A DNA stretch of 64,000 nucleotides from Escherichia coli (GCF_013122565.1 NZ_CP053258.1), one strand, 5' to 3'. Shown: positions 45,420-57,374, counted from the stretch's first letter. Made by a program: numbers and translations. The notes: generated by a model from the sequence alone, not told the origin.

Positions 45420-45696
45420 ATGGCAGCCTCCATCTTTTTTATCCCTTCAGATAATGCCTTTGGCGTAGATTCTTTAAAAGATGCAATGAATATGATGATA
45501 TGGAATATGGCTTTCACCGTACATGGATGAACTGACGAAGAAAGTGGATATCCCGGCAGGCCTACGCGACCTGAACGTGAAAGAAGAAGATTTCGCGGTA
45601 CTGGCGACTAATGCCCTGAAAGATGCCTGTGGCTTTACTAACCCGATCCAGGCAACTCACGAAGAAATTGTGGCGATTTATCGCGCCGCAATGTAA
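45420..45696 (+). pseudogene. yiaY: Internally deleted remnant of iron-containing alcohol dehydrogenase yiaY
   Basis: ATG at 45420 encodes MAASIFFIPSDNAFGVDSLKDAMNMM (Fe-ADH N-terminus) then stops at 45528; a different frame encodes the Fe-ADH C-terminus ...[56 protein letters not shown] ending 45696; about 0.28 kb where an intact gene is about 1.15 kb. Confidence 0.7.
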
Positions 45697-45860
45697 TCAT
45701 CATTCCCACAACGGCTGGCAAATTGTCAGCCGCTTTTTCAACTATCTCTGTAATCCTTGCCCGTAAATTCGTGATAGCTGTCGTAAAGCTGTTACCGACT
45801 GGCGAAGATTTCGCCAGTCACGTCTACCCTTGTTATACCTCACACCGCAAGGAGACGATC

Positions 45861-47399
45861 ATGACCAATAATCCCCCTTCAGCACAGATTAAGCCCGGCG
45901 AGTATGGTTTCCCCCTCAAGTTAAAAGCTCGCTATGACAACTTTATTGGCGGCGAATGGGTAGCCCCTGCCGACGGCGAGTATTACCAGAATCTGACGCC
46001 GGTGACCGGGCAGCTGCTGTGCGAAGTGGCGTCTTCGGGCAAACGAGACATCGATCTGGCGCTGGATGCTGCGCACAAAGTGAAAGATAAATGGGCGCAC
46101 ACCTCGGTGCAGGATCGCGCGGCGATTCTGTTTAAGATTGCCGATCGAATGGAACAAAACCTTGAGCTGTTAGCGACGGCTGAAACCTGGGATAACGGCA
46201 AACCCATTCGCGAAACCAGTGCTGCCGACGTGCCGCTGGCGATTGACCATTTTCGCTATTTCGCCTCGTGTATTCGGGCGCAGGAAGGTGGGATCAGTGA
46301 AGTTGATAGCGAAACCGTGGCCTATCATTTCCATGAACCGTTAGGCGTGGTGGGGCAGATTATCCCGTGGAACTTCCCGCTGCTGATGGCGAGCTGGAAA
46401 ATGGCTCCCGCGCTGGCGGCGGGCAACTGTGTGGTGCTGAAACCCGCACGTCTTACCCCGCTTTCTGTACTGCTGCTAATGGAAATCGTCGGTGATTTAC
46501 TGCCGCCGGGCGTGGTGAACGTGGTCAACGGCGCAGGTGGGGAAATTGGCGAATATCTGGCGACCTCGAAACGCATCGCCAAAGTGGCGTTTACCGGCTC
46601 AACGGAAGTGGGCCAACAAATTATGCAATACGCCACGCAAAACATTATTCCGGTGACGCTGGAGCTGGGCGGCAAATCGCCAAATATCTTCTTTGCTGAC
46701 GTGATGGATGAAGAAGATGCCTTTTTCGATAAAGCGCTGGAAGGCTTTGCACTGTTTGCCTTTAACCAGGGCGAAGTTTGCACCTGTCCAAGCCGTGCTT
46801 TAGTGCAGGAATCTATCTACGAACGCTTTATGGAACGCGCCATCCGCCGTGTCGAAAGCATTCGTAGCGGTAACCCGCTCGACAGCGTGACGCAAATGGG
46901 CGCGCAGGTATCTCACGGGCAACTGGAAACCATCCTCAATTACATTGATATCGGCAAAAAAGAGGGCGCAGATGTGCTTACCGGCGGGCGGCGCAAGCTG
47001 CTGGAAGGCGAACTGAAAGATGGCTACTACCTCGAACCGACGATTTTGTTTGGTCAGAACAATATGCGCGTGTTCCAGGAGGAGATTTTTGGCCCGGTGC
47101 TGGCGGTGACCACCTTTAAAACGATGGATGAGGCGCTGGAGCTGGCGAACGACACGCAATATGGCCTGGGCGCGGGCGTCTGGAGCCGCAACGGTAATCT
47201 GGCCTATAAGATGGGGCGCGGCATTCAGGCCGGGCGCGTGTGGACCAACTGCTATCACGCTTACCCGGCACATGCTGCGTTTGGTGGCTACAAACAATCA
47301 GGTATCGGTCGCGAAACCCACAAGATGATGCTGGAGCATTACCAGCAAACCAAGTGCCTGCTGGTGAGCTACTCAGATAAACCGTTGGGGCTGTTCTGA
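45861..47399 (+). CDS. aldB: Aldehyde dehydrogenase B
   Basis: ORF from 45723 but recognised start [17 protein letters not shown] at 45861 (512 aa). Confidence 0.93.
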   Translation: MTNNPPSAQIKPGEYGFPLKLKARYDNFIGGEWVAPADGEYYQNLTPVTGQLLCEVASSGKRDIDLALDAAHKVKDKWAHTSVQDRAAILFKIADRMEQNLELLATAETWDNGKPIRETSAADVPLAIDHFRYFASCIRAQEGGISEVDSETVAYHFHEPLGVVGQIIPWNFPLLMASWKMAPALAAGNCVVLKPARLTPLSVLLLMEIVGDLLPPGVVNVVNGAGGEIGEYLATSKRIAKVAFTGSTEVGQQIMQYATQNIIPVTLELGGKSPNIFFADVMDEEDAFFDKALEGFALFAFNQGEVCTCPSRALVQESIYERFMERAIRRVESIRSGNPLDSVTQMGAQVSHGQLETILNYIDIGKKEGADVLTGGRRKLLEGELKDGYYLEPTILFGQNNMRVFQEEIFGPVLAVTTFKTMDEALELANDTQYGLGAGVWSRNGNLAYKMGRGIQAGRVWTNCYHAYPAHAAFGGYKQSGIGRETHKMMLEHYQQTKCLLVSYSDKPLGLF

Positions 47400-47430
47400 T
47401 ATAAGAAGCTGGTCGCATTGGGTATTCATT

Positions 47431-47513
47431 GCCTGATGCGACGCTTACGCGTCTTATCATGCCTACGGGAACCTGACCGTAGGCCGGATAAGGCGTACAC
47501 GCCGCATCCGGCA
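47431..47513. repeat. REP/BIME palindromic units after aldB
   Basis: GCCTGATGCGACGCTTACGCGTCTTATCATGCCTAC and GTAGGCCGGATAAGGCGTACACGCCGCATCCGGCA. Confidence 0.7.
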
Positions 47514-47941
47514 TAAACAAAGCGCACGTTGTTACAATTTACGTTTTAAACCTACGTGCGCAATAACCCAGACTACGCCAACAGAAGTGCGTTTCTGGGG
47601 CGTGTTTTGTCAGGAGTTTAATCTCGCGTTTCGATGGTGAGCGGGCGAACCAGGCCGTAAATCACCATTGGCGTTCCGAGGCCAATCAGCAATAAACGGT
47701 AGATAATTGAAGGTTTAATACGCTTAATCTGTATTGTGGATGTTTTACTGGAGTTATTCATTAGTTTGGCCAATAGTTCTATTATTTCAATATGATAAGT
47801 CTCAGTCTGTTGAAAATCCACGCAGTACACTTCAGAAAGTATATAAAAAACAATATGTCGTTATATAAATAAGGAAATTGCACTGCATCATGGCATTTCA
47901 TAATATGCGTTAATTGTTTTTTTATATTCTTTGAGGAAAAT

Positions 47942-48265
47942 ATGTTCCTGGACTATTTTGCACTGGGAGTGCTTATTTTTGTATTTCTGGTGATATTCTA
48001 TGGGATTATTATTTTACATGATATTCCCTACCTGATTGCTAAAAAACGTAATCATCCACATGCCGACGCCATTCATGTTGCTGGTTGGGTGAGTCTTTTT
48101 ACGCTGCATGTTATCTGGCCATTTTTGTGGATTTGGGCCACGCTTTACCGCCCGGAGCGGGGATGGGGAATGCAAAACCATGACTCCTCCGTTGTGCAAC
48201 TACAACAGCGTATTGCCGGGCTGGAGAAACAGCTCGCTGACATCAAATCCTCTTCTGCCGAGTAA
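47942..48265 (+). CDS. yiaW: DUF3302 small inner-membrane protein
   Basis: 107 aa ORF, N-terminal 80 aa nearly identical to YibI. Confidence 0.85.
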
Positions 48266-48270
48266 TACTT

Positions 48271-49407
48271 ATGGATTTACTGATTATTTTGACCTATGTG
48301 GCTTTCGCATGGGCAATGTTTAAGATCTTCAAAATTCCTGTAAATAAATGGACCATTCCCACCGCGGCCCTGGGTGGAATATTTATTGTCAGCGGTTTAA
48401 TTCTGTTAATGAACTATAACCATCCGTATACCTTTAAAGCGCAAAAAGCGGTTATTTCTATTCCTGTTGTCCCACAGGTGACAGGCGTGGTGATCGAAGT
48501 GACGGATAAGAAAAATACGCTGATTAAAAAAGGTGAGGTGCTATTTCGACTGGACCCGACGCGTTATCAGGCGCGGGTGGATCGGCTGATGGCGGATATC
48601 GTTACCGCAGAACATAAACAGCGGGCGTTGGGCGCAGAGTTAGATGAGATGGCGGCGAATACTCAGCAGGCAAAGGCCACGCGGGATAAATTCGCTAAAG
48701 AGTATCAGCGTTACGCACGCGGCAGCCAGGCGAAAGTAAACCCGTTTTCAGAACGCGATATTGATGTGGCGCGGCAAAATTATCTGGCGCAGGAAGCCTC
48801 CGTAAAGTCATCGGCGGCGGAACAAAAACAGATCCAGAGCCAGCTGGATAGCCTGGTGTTGGGTGAACATTCTCAAATCGCCAGCCTGAAAGCGCAGCTC
48901 GCGGAAGCAAAATATAACCTTGAGCAGACGATAGTGCGTGCGCCGAGCGATGGTTATGTGACCCAGGTGCTGATTCGTCCGGGTACCTATGCCGCGTCGC
49001 TGCCGCTACGTCCGGTGATGGTGTTTATACCCGATCAGAAACGACAAATTGTGGCGCAGTTCCGTCAGAACTCCTTGCTGCGACTGGCTCCTGGCGACGA
49101 TGCGGAAGTGGTGTTTAATGCTCTGCCAGGTAAGGTATTCAGCGGTAAGCTGGCAGCCATTAGTCCAGCCGTTCCCGGCGGAGCTTATCAGTCGACCGGC
49201 ACCTTACAGACGTTAAACACAGCGCCGGGTTCAGATGGCGTTATCGCGACCATTGAACTGGATGAGCATACTGATTTGAGCGCATTACCAGACGGTATTT
49301 ACGCCCAGGTGGCGGTCTACTCTGATCATTTCAGCCATGTCTCGGTGATGCGCAAAGTACTGTTACGCATGACCAGCTGGGTGCATTACCTTTATCTCGA
49401 TCATTAA
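48271..49407 (+). CDS. yiaV: HlyD-family periplasmic adaptor (membrane fusion) protein
   Basis: 378 aa ORF, paralog of YibH with near-identical C-terminal 40 aa. Confidence 0.85.
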
Positions 49408-50378
49408 TCTTCGCTTTCCGCCGCTTGTTCAGGCCGCAGTTGCTGCGACTGAGCAAGCTGGTGGCGAATTTCACGCAGCATTTCATCCAGCACATACTGG
49501 ACCCGCCAGGGCTGGTATTCCCGTTTACGGAAGATAGCCACCAGATCCAGCCACCATTCATACGGGTGCTGAAAGCAGGGCACCAGCGTGCCGTCTTGCA
49601 GGTCGCTCTGCACACTTTTGTCTGGCGCAAACACAATCCCCAGGTGATTTCGTGCCAGCTCCAGCGCAGATTGCGTGTTGTCGCAAACGTAATTTCCCTT
49701 CACGCGATAATCCCGCACATCTTTACTCCCGGCGACGTTGAAGCGCCAGATATTCGCGTCGTCGATCATCATCGAGTCGATCAAAATACAGGAGTGATGT
49801 TCGAGTTCGTCAGGACGGCTAATGGGATGTTTCGCAAGATAGCGCTGGCTGGCATAAGCGGTTACGGCATATTGTGTAATAAAACTGGCAACCAGCGATT
49901 CATCTTTTGGTGGGGCGTAGCTGATTAAAACATCACAATCATCGGGAAATTCGACGCCTTCATAAAAGGCATTACGCTCAAGATTGCAGGTTTTTAGCGA
50001 TAAGGTGATATCACCGATATCTTTAATTTTATCGATAACATGTTTGGATAAATAGGTAATTATGCCGGTTGGGGCGTAGATGGTGACCCGACCACGTTTC
50101 TCATGCTTATAATCTGCAATAAAATTATTAAGCTGCTCGTTTCTGTCCAGCATGTCGTTGATGTACGGTAATAGCGCGGTGCCAAAAGGTGTGAGCATCA
50201 GCTGCCGGGTGGTGCGGTCAAAGACTTTTAAACCCACTTTTGATTCAAAATCAGCAAGATATTTGCTGACGTTGGCCTGTGCGATGCCAAGTACAGTCGC
50301 GGCATGGCTGATATTTTCACTGGCAGCGATTACCGAGATAATTTTTAACTCCCGGTACTTAAGTTGTAATTTTGTCAT
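49404..50378 (-). CDS. yiaU: LysR-family transcriptional regulator
   Basis: 324 aa ORF, N-terminal HTH; convergent with yiaV, divergent from yiaT. Confidence 0.85.
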
Positions 50379-50500
50379 CGCAACAGCCCAATTATATATA
50401 ATTTTATATATTACTATATAAATATGAATCTTGCACCGGAGAAATTGTAAGCATTACTATGCCGACTCTTTTTATCTTATTTTAAAATGGAATACCGGAC

Positions 50501-51241
50501 ATGTTAATTAACCGCAATATTGTGGCGTTATTTGCGTTGCCTTTTATGGCAAGCGCAACTGCTTCTGAATTATCCATTGGTGCTGGTGCGGCTTATAATG
50601 AATCGCCTTATCGCGGTTATAATGAAAATACAAAGGCAATTCCGCTGATTAGTTATGAAGGTGATTCTTTTTATGTTCGTCAGACCACGTTAGGTTTTAT
50701 TCTGTCGCAAAGTGAAAAAAATGAACTTAGCCTGACCGCATCCTGGATGCCGCTGGAATTTGACCCTGCCGATAATGACGATTATGCCATGCAACAGCTT
50801 GATAAGCGTGATAGTACGGCTATGGCGGGGGTTGCCTGGTATCACCACGAGCGTTGGGGAACCGTGAAAGCCTCTGCGGCTGCGGACGTTCTGGATAACA
50901 GCAACGGCTGGGTGGGGGAGCTATCGGTTTTCCACAAAATGCAGATAGGTCACCTGTCGCTGACACCTGCGCTGGGCGTTATCTATTATGACGAGAATTT
51001 CAGTGACTATTACTATGGCATTTCAGAGAGTGAGTCCCGTCGTAGCGGTCTGGCAAGTTATTCCGCGCAGGATGCATGGGTGCCCTATGTCAGCCTGACG
51101 GCAAAATACCCGATAGGAGAGCACGTCGTATTGATGGCGAGCGCCGGATACAGCGAGCTGCCGGAAGAGATTACCGACAGCCCGATGATTGATCGTAATG
51201 AGAGTTTTACCTTTGTCACCGGCGTGAGCTGGCGTTTTTAA
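50501..51241 (+). CDS. yiaT: MipA/OmpV-family outer membrane protein
   Basis: 246 aa ORF with signal peptide and C-terminal aromatic residue (..SWRF). Confidence 0.85.
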   Translation: MLINRNIVALFALPFMASATASELSIGAGAAYNESPYRGYNENTKAIPLISYEGDSFYVRQTTLGFILSQSEKNELSLTASWMPLEFDPADNDDYAMQQLDKRDSTAMAGVAWYHHERWGTVKASAAADVLDNSNGWVGELSVFHKMQIGHLSLTPALGVIYYDENFSDYYYGISESESRRSGLASYSAQDAWVPYVSLTAKYPIGEHVVLMASAGYSELPEEITDSPMIDRNESFTFVTGVSWRF

Positions 51242-51261
51242 TTCACCGATGGATGTCGGTG

Positions 51262-51371
51262 CGGCTGGCCTACGCTCTCGCACCGACTCGTATGCCTGAT
51301 AAGACGTTTTAAGCGTCGCATTAGGCAATGTACTCCCTACGTTGGATGCGGCGCGAGCGCCTTATCCAACC
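51262..51371. repeat. REP-like palindromic units at the yiaT / GH127 junction
   Basis: GCCTGATAAGACGTTTTAAGCGTCGCATTAGGCA and GTTGGATGCGGCGCGAGCGCCTTATCCAAC units; the latter overlaps the GH127 3' end. Confidence 0.6.
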
Positions 51372-53341
51372 TCCGGATGGCGATGCTTTTCCTCATTCAC
51401 CCAGATCCGCATTTCACCTTCACCCCGGTTAGCCCAGCTAAACCACGGGATAAATGTCAGAGTTTGCGGCTGGCGTTTGGCTGGGGCATAGTCGTAATGC
51501 CACAACGGTTGTTGTTCTGGATTGCTCTGTTCATACCGGTAACCCGGTGCCTGGATTAAGATCTTATGGCTGAACAATCCCTTACCTTCAAATGTCGTAA
51601 ATGGCGCATCGGCGGGCAGCCACAGATTATGCAGTGACTCGCCGTTGTCAGCCTGTTCCAGGCAATACACCAGCGGGCCGCGCTGAATCGCCACTTTTCC
51701 GGCGACGTGACGCACCAGCGGGTTACCGTAAACGCGGCGTACCGGCATCGGCAAAGTCAGATTCAGCGTATCGCCCTCCTGCCATTCGCGGGTAATGTGC
51801 AAATACCCTTTACGAATATCCTGCTCGACCTCTTCCCCATTCAATATGATCTGCGGCTGTGTGCACCAGTCCGGCAGACGTAAAGCCAGCGTATGACGTA
51901 CCGGCTGGGGCGATTCAACCGCAATCGTCACCTGCTCCTGCCACGGATAGTTCCCGCTAACCCGCAGGCGCAGCGTGCCATTTTCTACCGGCACTTCCAT
52001 GCTGTTTCCTGCGTATATGTTGATATACAACGCATCTTCACGCGGCGTGTAGAGATAATGACCGATTGAGGTCAGCACGCGGGCGATATTTGGCGGACAA
52101 CAAGCGCAGCCAAACCAACGCTGGCGGATCGGCTTAATGTGATCGTAGATATGGTTGAATTTCAGCGATTTTGGATGTACTTCCAGCGGATTCACATAGA
52201 AGAAATGTTTGCCATCCAGCGCCATGCCGCCGAGCACAGTGTTGTACAGTGCGCGCTCCATCACATCGGCATATTGACTGTCGCCTTCCATTTCCAGCAT
52301 TCGTCGGGCGAACATCATCAGGCCGATGGAAGCACAGCTTTCGGCGTAAACCGTGTCATTCGGCAGATCGTAATCGCTGCTGAACGCTTCGCCGCTACTC
52401 TGTGAGCCAATGCCACCGGTAATATATAACTGACGCTGGGCCATATTGTTCCACAGCCGCAGGCAGTCCTGACGCTTGCTGTCATCGTGACTTAAACGCG
52501 CGAGATGCGCGACGCCGGTCATCAGGTAGACAAAACGTACCGCGTGACCGATGGCGGTTTGCTGTTGCGCAAGGGGCAAATGTGCCTGGCTGTAGGCTTT
52601 GTCTTTCACCATCCACGCCGGGCCGTAGGTGTGCCAGTGCGAGGTCTGCCCGCGCTTTTCATATTCCTGGTCGTAATAGTGCGGTTGCGCACCACGCTGT
52701 TCGACAAAATAGTTCGTCAATGCCAGGTAGCGCGGCTCTTCGGTCACTTCATACAGACGCATCAGTGCCAGTTCAATTTCCGGGTGACCAGGGTAACCGT
52801 GTAACTTACTTTCATCTGGACCAAATACGCTGTCGATATGATCGGCCAGACGGCAAACCACTTCCAGCAAGCGCCGCTTGCCCGTGGCCTGGAAGAAGGC
52901 GACTCCAGCTTCAATCAGATGACCGGCGCAGTAAAGTTCATGACACTCCGCCAGATTGCTCCAGCGTTCTTCGGGCGCTTTTACCGTAAAGTAAGTATTG
53001 AGATAGCCGTCTTCGCACTGGGCGGAGGCGATCAGTTCGATTACCTCGTCGGCGGTTTTTTCCAGTTCGGCGTCCGGCTTCTGGCACAGCGACCAGGCTA
53101 CCGCTTCCAGCCATTTGGCGACGTCGCTGTCCTGAAACACCATCCCGTAAAATTCACCCTCCTGAAGTCCGGCGGCAATGCGAAAGTTTTCAATCGCATG
53201 GCTGGGTTCCGCTTCTGGGATACGATCGTTCAAGGCATCCCACTGATAAGGAATCACCACGTCGCGGACCAGTTGTTGGTACTGACCGAGGAACGGATCG
53301 CTGACCGTCAGTTTATGCAGATCGACTTCCGAAATGTTCAT
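51362..53341 (-). CDS. Glycoside hydrolase family 127 (DUF1680, beta-L-arabinofuranosidase-like)
   Basis: ORF to 53365; probable start MNISEVDL (659 aa) preceded by AAGGAG; conserved ESC and CACCPPN motifs corresponding to GH127 zinc/catalytic cysteines; no signal peptide. Confidence 0.75.
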   Translation of the reverse strand: MNISEVDLHKLTVSDPFLGQYQQLVRDVVIPYQWDALNDRIPEAEPSHAIENFRIAAGLQEGEFYGMVFQDSDVAKWLEAVAWSLCQKPDAELEKTADEVIELIASAQCEDGYLNTYFTVKAPEERWSNLAECHELYCAGHLIEAGVAFFQATGKRRLLEVVCRLADHIDSVFGPDESKLHGYPGHPEIELALMRLYEVTEEPRYLALTNYFVEQRGAQPHYYDQEYEKRGQTSHWHTYGPAWMVKDKAYSQAHLPLAQQQTAIGHAVRFVYLMTGVAHLARLSHDDSKRQDCLRLWNNMAQRQLYITGGIGSQSSGEAFSSDYDLPNDTVYAESCASIGLMMFARRMLEMEGDSQYADVMERALYNTVLGGMALDGKHFFYVNPLEVHPKSLKFNHIYDHIKPIRQRWFGCACCPPNIARVLTSIGHYLYTPREDALYINIYAGNSMEVPVENGTLRLRVSGNYPWQEQVTIAVESPQPVRHTLALRLPDWCTQPQIILNGEEVEQDIRKGYLHITREWQEGDTLNLTLPMPVRRVYGNPLVRHVAGKVAIQRGPLVYCLEQADNGESLHNLWLPADAPFTTFEGKGLFSHKILIQAPGYRYEQSNPEQQPLWHYDYAPAKRQPQTLTFIPWFSWANRGEGEMRIWVNEEKHRHPEVG

Positions 53342-53351
53342 CTTGTGCTCC

Positions 53352-54752
53352 TTAAGGCTGTACATGACGCTGACGCAGGTCGGTAGCTATGCGTGACATC
53401 ATAGGATTATTGAGTTTGCAAAAGCGGATCGCCCCTGCCAGCAGCAGGTGAAATAGCGCAGGCAGTAATGTTTCCATCGCCGCGATCCCGCCAAGCGAAC
53501 TGGCGGTCTGGTTTTCCATGCCTGGCTGGTAGGCGACAAAAATAAACAGCAGGCTGATGATCCCGGCGCTGGAGGCCCAGGCCAGCTTGATGAAAAACAG
53601 ATTGAAGGCGAAGTTCATGCCGGAAGAACGTACGCGGGTTTTCCACTCGCCGTAGTCATCGGCAAAGGCCATCAATGAGAAGTGCAGTGGCAATGTGAAG
53701 CCAAGAATTACGCCATTACCGAGGATCACCGCCAGCCACAGCGTTTGATAAGCCGGGCCGGAGGGCAGGAACCACATCAACACCGCCAGCGCAGCGAGGA
53801 GCAGGTTGGTGTAGTAGTAAATTTTGACGGTATCGAAACGCCGCGTTAACGGGCTGACAATCACCGAGCCGATAATGGAGGCGAAGGTGACCATGGTGAA
53901 GAACAGCGACGTGTAGCCCGTACTGCCTTGTAAGACGTAGGTAATGAAGTACATATACCCACCGCCGCGAATATTAAAGACGTTAATCAGCAGGAAAGAC
54001 ATGACCAGCATCAGCAGCAGTTGGTCGTTGTTCCGCAGCCCGGCAAGATGTTCGCGCAGGGTAAATTTCCCCATTGTGGAGAGCGGCACCCGTTCACGAA
54101 CCCAGAAAAAACAGCACAGGAACATCACCACGGCAATGGCGCACAATACGCCGACGCCCAGTTGATAGCCGCGTGCAGCGTTGCCCTGACCGAAGAGATC
54201 TACCATCCACGGTAAGCCTACCGAAACCAGAAATCCCGCTACGCCGCAGAGAACGAATCGCCAGGACTGGCAGGAGATCACTTCATTGTGGCGGGTGGTC
54301 ATGGTGTTGATCAGCGCGCAGTACGGTACGTTGATGGCGGTATAACCGACTGAAAGGAGCAGGTAAGTACCGAACGCCCAGGCGATTTTTACTCCCATGC
54401 TGGCATCTGGCACGGTGAACGTCAGGATGCCGATAATGCCGATGGGAATGGCAATCCATAGCTGCCACGGACGAAAGCGCCCCCAGCGACTTTGCGTCCG
54501 GTCGGCAATGACGCCCATCACCGGGTCGGAGATGGCATCAAACACGCGCAGTGCAATAAACAGCGTGCCAACCAGCGCCGGAGTTAATCCAAAAACGTCG
54601 GTGTAGAAAAAGGTGAGAAAATTCATGATCAGGCAAGTTATTACGGTGCCGCCTGCGTCACCCAGGCCGTAGCCTATTTTTTCCCGTACAGATAACGCAT
54701 CGTCAATTTTACCTTTAGCGATATCAGCGGTAGTAATCGGTGTAGAGGTCAT
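53352..54752 (-). CDS. GPH-family (MelB-like) glycoside/cation symporter
   Basis: 466 aa ORF, about 12 TM segments; co-oriented directly upstream of the GH127 gene. Confidence 0.75.
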   Translation of the reverse strand: MTSTPITTADIAKGKIDDALSVREKIGYGLGDAGGTVITCLIMNFLTFFYTDVFGLTPALVGTLFIALRVFDAISDPVMGVIADRTQSRWGRFRPWQLWIAIPIGIIGILTFTVPDASMGVKIAWAFGTYLLLSVGYTAINVPYCALINTMTTRHNEVISCQSWRFVLCGVAGFLVSVGLPWMVDLFGQGNAARGYQLGVGVLCAIAVVMFLCCFFWVRERVPLSTMGKFTLREHLAGLRNNDQLLLMLVMSFLLINVFNIRGGGYMYFITYVLQGSTGYTSLFFTMVTFASIIGSVIVSPLTRRFDTVKIYYYTNLLLAALAVLMWFLPSGPAYQTLWLAVILGNGVILGFTLPLHFSLMAFADDYGEWKTRVRSSGMNFAFNLFFIKLAWASSAGIISLLFIFVAYQPGMENQTASSLGGIAAMETLLPALFHLLLAGAIRFCKLNNPMMSRIATDLRQRHVQP

Positions 54753-54977
54753 AGATATTCCTCGTGAATAGGGAGCAATTTTTAGTTTTATTGCAATGAC
54801 CTGATTAATTCTGCCGTGAACGGGAATATCAACAAGGCGAGAAAAGAGTAAAAAAAGGTGACGATTCCGACCTGTATTTAAAAGTGTGAAATGGATCAGG
54901 TGAAATTAATGTTTTTGATTAATAATCAAAAGGTAATGTGTTTAATCCTTAATAAATAAGCGGGAAATTACATATCA

Positions 54978-55793
54978 ATGCTCGAATTATCCATGACGTT
55001 ACCGATTAAAGTGCAAAATGGTGGATTATTTATTTCCCGTGGCGTAGGGAGGCATCCGGCAAGGCGGCTGGAGTCATGGGAAATTATCTTTGTCGAAAAA
55101 GGTCGATTAACGATTCAGGAAGAAGAACGGATATTTCTGGTCGATGCGGGAGAGAGTTTATTACTCTGGCCGAACCGACAGCATGTTGGGGTGGAGGATT
55201 TTCCCGCCGATCTCAAATTTTACTGGCTGCATTTTGAGGTTAAAGCGCCGGACAACGACCCTCGCTGGCTTACTCATCTTAGCGTGCCGCAACAAACGAA
55301 GGTTGCCGATCCGCAGGCGCTGGTGGCCCTGTTTCGCCAGTTCTTAAGCGAACAGGAAAAGCATCAACGCACTCCGGCGCTGGAGTTTATTGTGCTGCTC
55401 ATTTTGCAGCAGCTCACCCGTGACGCGCGTCTTGATGAACAGGCCGATGGCGCAGGCACCACCCTTGCCTGGAAGGCGCAGAAACTGATTCGCACGCAAT
55501 ATCACCGCCCGCTTTCCACGGCGCTTCTGGCCCGCGAGCTGTACTGCAATGCCGATTATCTTGGGCGTGTCTATCGGCGAGTGTTTCATCTGACGCTTAC
55601 AGAAGCAATCCACCGCCAGCGGGTGCGCGAAGCCGAAAAGCTGTTAATTAGCGAAGCTCGATCGCTCACGGAAGTGGCGGCGTTGTGCGGGTTTAATGAC
55701 GTTGGCTATTTCCGGCAGATTTTTCGCAAGCACACCGGTTTAACGCCAGCAGCGTGGAAGCGGCGTTACAGCAAGGAACATATCAATTCGTAG
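54978..55793 (+). CDS. AraC/XylS-family transcriptional regulator
   Basis: 271 aa ORF; N-terminal cupin-like sensing domain, C-terminal double HTH; divergent from the transporter gene. Confidence 0.8.
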   Translation: MLELSMTLPIKVQNGGLFISRGVGRHPARRLESWEIIFVEKGRLTIQEEERIFLVDAGESLLLWPNRQHVGVEDFPADLKFYWLHFEVKAPDNDPRWLTHLSVPQQTKVADPQALVALFRQFLSEQEKHQRTPALEFIVLLILQQLTRDARLDEQADGAGTTLAWKAQKLIRTQYHRPLSTALLARELYCNADYLGRVYRRVFHLTLTEAIHRQRVREAEKLLISEARSLTEVAALCGFNDVGYFRQIFRKHTGLTPAAWKRRYSKEHINS

Positions 55794-55824
55794 TGCCGGG
55801 GCGATGAAGCCCCGGCGTGAGGGA

Positions 55825-56520
55825 TTACTGCCCGTAATAGGCATTGTCTCCATGCTTACGCAGGTAGTGCTTATCCAGCAGTTCGTTTTGCATGGCAGGG
55901 AGCTGCGGCGCAAGCTGGCGCGAGAACAGGCCCATATAGGCGCACTCTTCCAGCACCACGGCGTTATGCACCGCATCGGCGGCGTTTTTTCCCCAGGCGA
56001 ACGGGCCGTGAGAATGTACCAGTACCGCAGGGATTTGTGCCGGGTTCAGCCCACGCTCTTCGAAGGTTTCAATGATCACTTCGCCGGTCTGGTATTCATA
56101 CTCGCCGTTGATCTCCTCTGCGGTCATCAGGCGCGTGCAGGGGATGGCACCATAGAAATAATCGGCGTGCGTGGTGCCCCAGGCGGGGAGATCCAGCCCG
56201 GCCTGCGACCAGATGGTAGCGTGGCGCGAGTGGGTATGCACAATGCCACCGATTTCGGCATAGCGACGGTAAAGTGCCAGATGCGTTGGCGTATCGGAAG
56301 AGGGCTTTTTGCTACCTTCCACCACCTTGCCGCTGGCTAACTCAACCACCACCATATCGTCGGCGGTCATCACGTCATACTCGACACCGGAAGGTTTAAT
56401 CACCATCCATTGCCGCGTTTCGTCTACCGCGCTGACATTGCCCCAGGTAAACGTCACCAGATGTTGAGCGGGAAGCGCCAGGTTAGCCGCCAGCACGTCG
56501 TTTTTCAGTTGCTCTAACAT
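55825..56520 (-). CDS. sgbE: L-ribulose-5-phosphate 4-epimerase
   Basis: 231 aa class II aldolase-family ORF recognised as SgbE. Confidence 0.9.
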   Translation of the reverse strand: MLEQLKNDVLAANLALPAQHLVTFTWGNVSAVDETRQWMVIKPSGVEYDVMTADDMVVVELASGKVVEGSKKPSSDTPTHLALYRRYAEIGGIVHTHSRHATIWSQAGLDLPAWGTTHADYFYGAIPCTRLMTAEEINGEYEYQTGEVIIETFEERGLNPAQIPAVLVHSHGPFAWGKNAADAVHNAVVLEECAYMGLFSRQLAPQLPAMQNELLDKHYLRKHGDNAYYGQ

Positions 56521-57374
56521 ATAAAACCTGCCTCCTGCATACGCGCTTCAATCCAGCGCCGCGCCTGAATGATCTCCAGCACCGGCTCTTTGGCTTTTTC
56601 GGTCCACATCTCAATCAGGAAAGAACCGCGATAGTTCAGTTCATGCAGCGTTTTGAAGATGCCAACGAAATCGACGCAGCCTTCGCCAAACGGCACATCA
56701 CGGAACTGTCCGGGGCTTTGTTCGGTCACTGGCTGGGTGTCTTTCAGGTGGATCGCGGCGATACGGTCAATGCCCAGTTTCAGTTCGGCGGGAACATCAT
56801 TGCCCCAGGCGCTGAGGTTGCCGACGTCCGGGTAGACGGTGAACCACGGCGAGGCGAGCATCTCGTCCCACTTTTTCCATTTACTGATGGAGTTCATAAA
56901 CGCGGTATCCATAATCTCCACCGCCAGCATTACTTGTGATGCCGCCGCCTGTTCGACCGCCCACGCCAGCCCTTCAGCAAAACGTTGTTGGGTGCCTTCG
57001 TCGTGGTCTTCGTAATAGACGTCATAACCTGCCAGTTGAATGGTGCGAATGCCGAGATCGCGCGCCAGGCGAATTGCTTTACTCATGATCTCCCGCGCCC
57101 GTTCGCGCACCGCTTCGTCCCGGCTGCCAAAAGGAAAACGACGGTGGGCAGACAGGCACATTGACGGAATGGCAACACCCGTTTCGATCATCGCAGTGAC
57201 CAGCGAAGCACGTTGTGCGGCGCTCCAGTCAAGACGTGAGAGCCGTTCGTCGGTTTCATCCACCGACATTTCGACAAAATCAAAGCCACAGCTTTTTGCC
57301 AGCACCAGCCGCTCCGGCCAGGAGAGATCTTTCGCCAGCGCTTTTTCATAAATCCCTAACGGATGATTACGCAC
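56514..57374 (-). CDS. sgbU: L-xylulose-5-phosphate 3-epimerase
   Basis: ORF to 57464; probable GTG start ([14 protein letters not shown], 286 aa) preceded by GGAGG. Confidence 0.88.
   Translation of the reverse strand: MRNHPLGIYEKALAKDLSWPERLVLAKSCGFDFVEMSVDETDERLSRLDWSAAQRASLVTAMIETGVAIPSMCLSAHRRFPFGSRDEAVRERAREIMSKAIRLARDLGIRTIQLAGYDVYYEDHDEGTQQRFAEGLAWAVEQAAASQVMLAVEIMDTAFMNSISKWKKWDEMLASPWFTVYPDVGNLSAWGNDVPAELKLGIDRIAAIHLKDTQPVTEQSPGQFRDVPFGEGCVDFVGIFKTLHELNYRGSFLIEMWTEKAKEPVLEIIQARRWIEARMQEAGFIC

Noticed and set aside
47618-47830. 70 aa minus-strand ORF in the AT-rich region upstream of yiaW
   Set aside because: No recognisable ribosome-binding site or homology; located in a likely promoter region. 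Its hydrophobic C-terminus makes a small membrane protein possible, but the evidence is insufficient to call a gene.
40103-49407. Recent segmental duplication or gene conversion between yibIH and yiaWV
   Set aside because: The near-identical protein segments differ at many synonymous DNA positions, so this is protein-level conservation of old paralogs, not recent copying.
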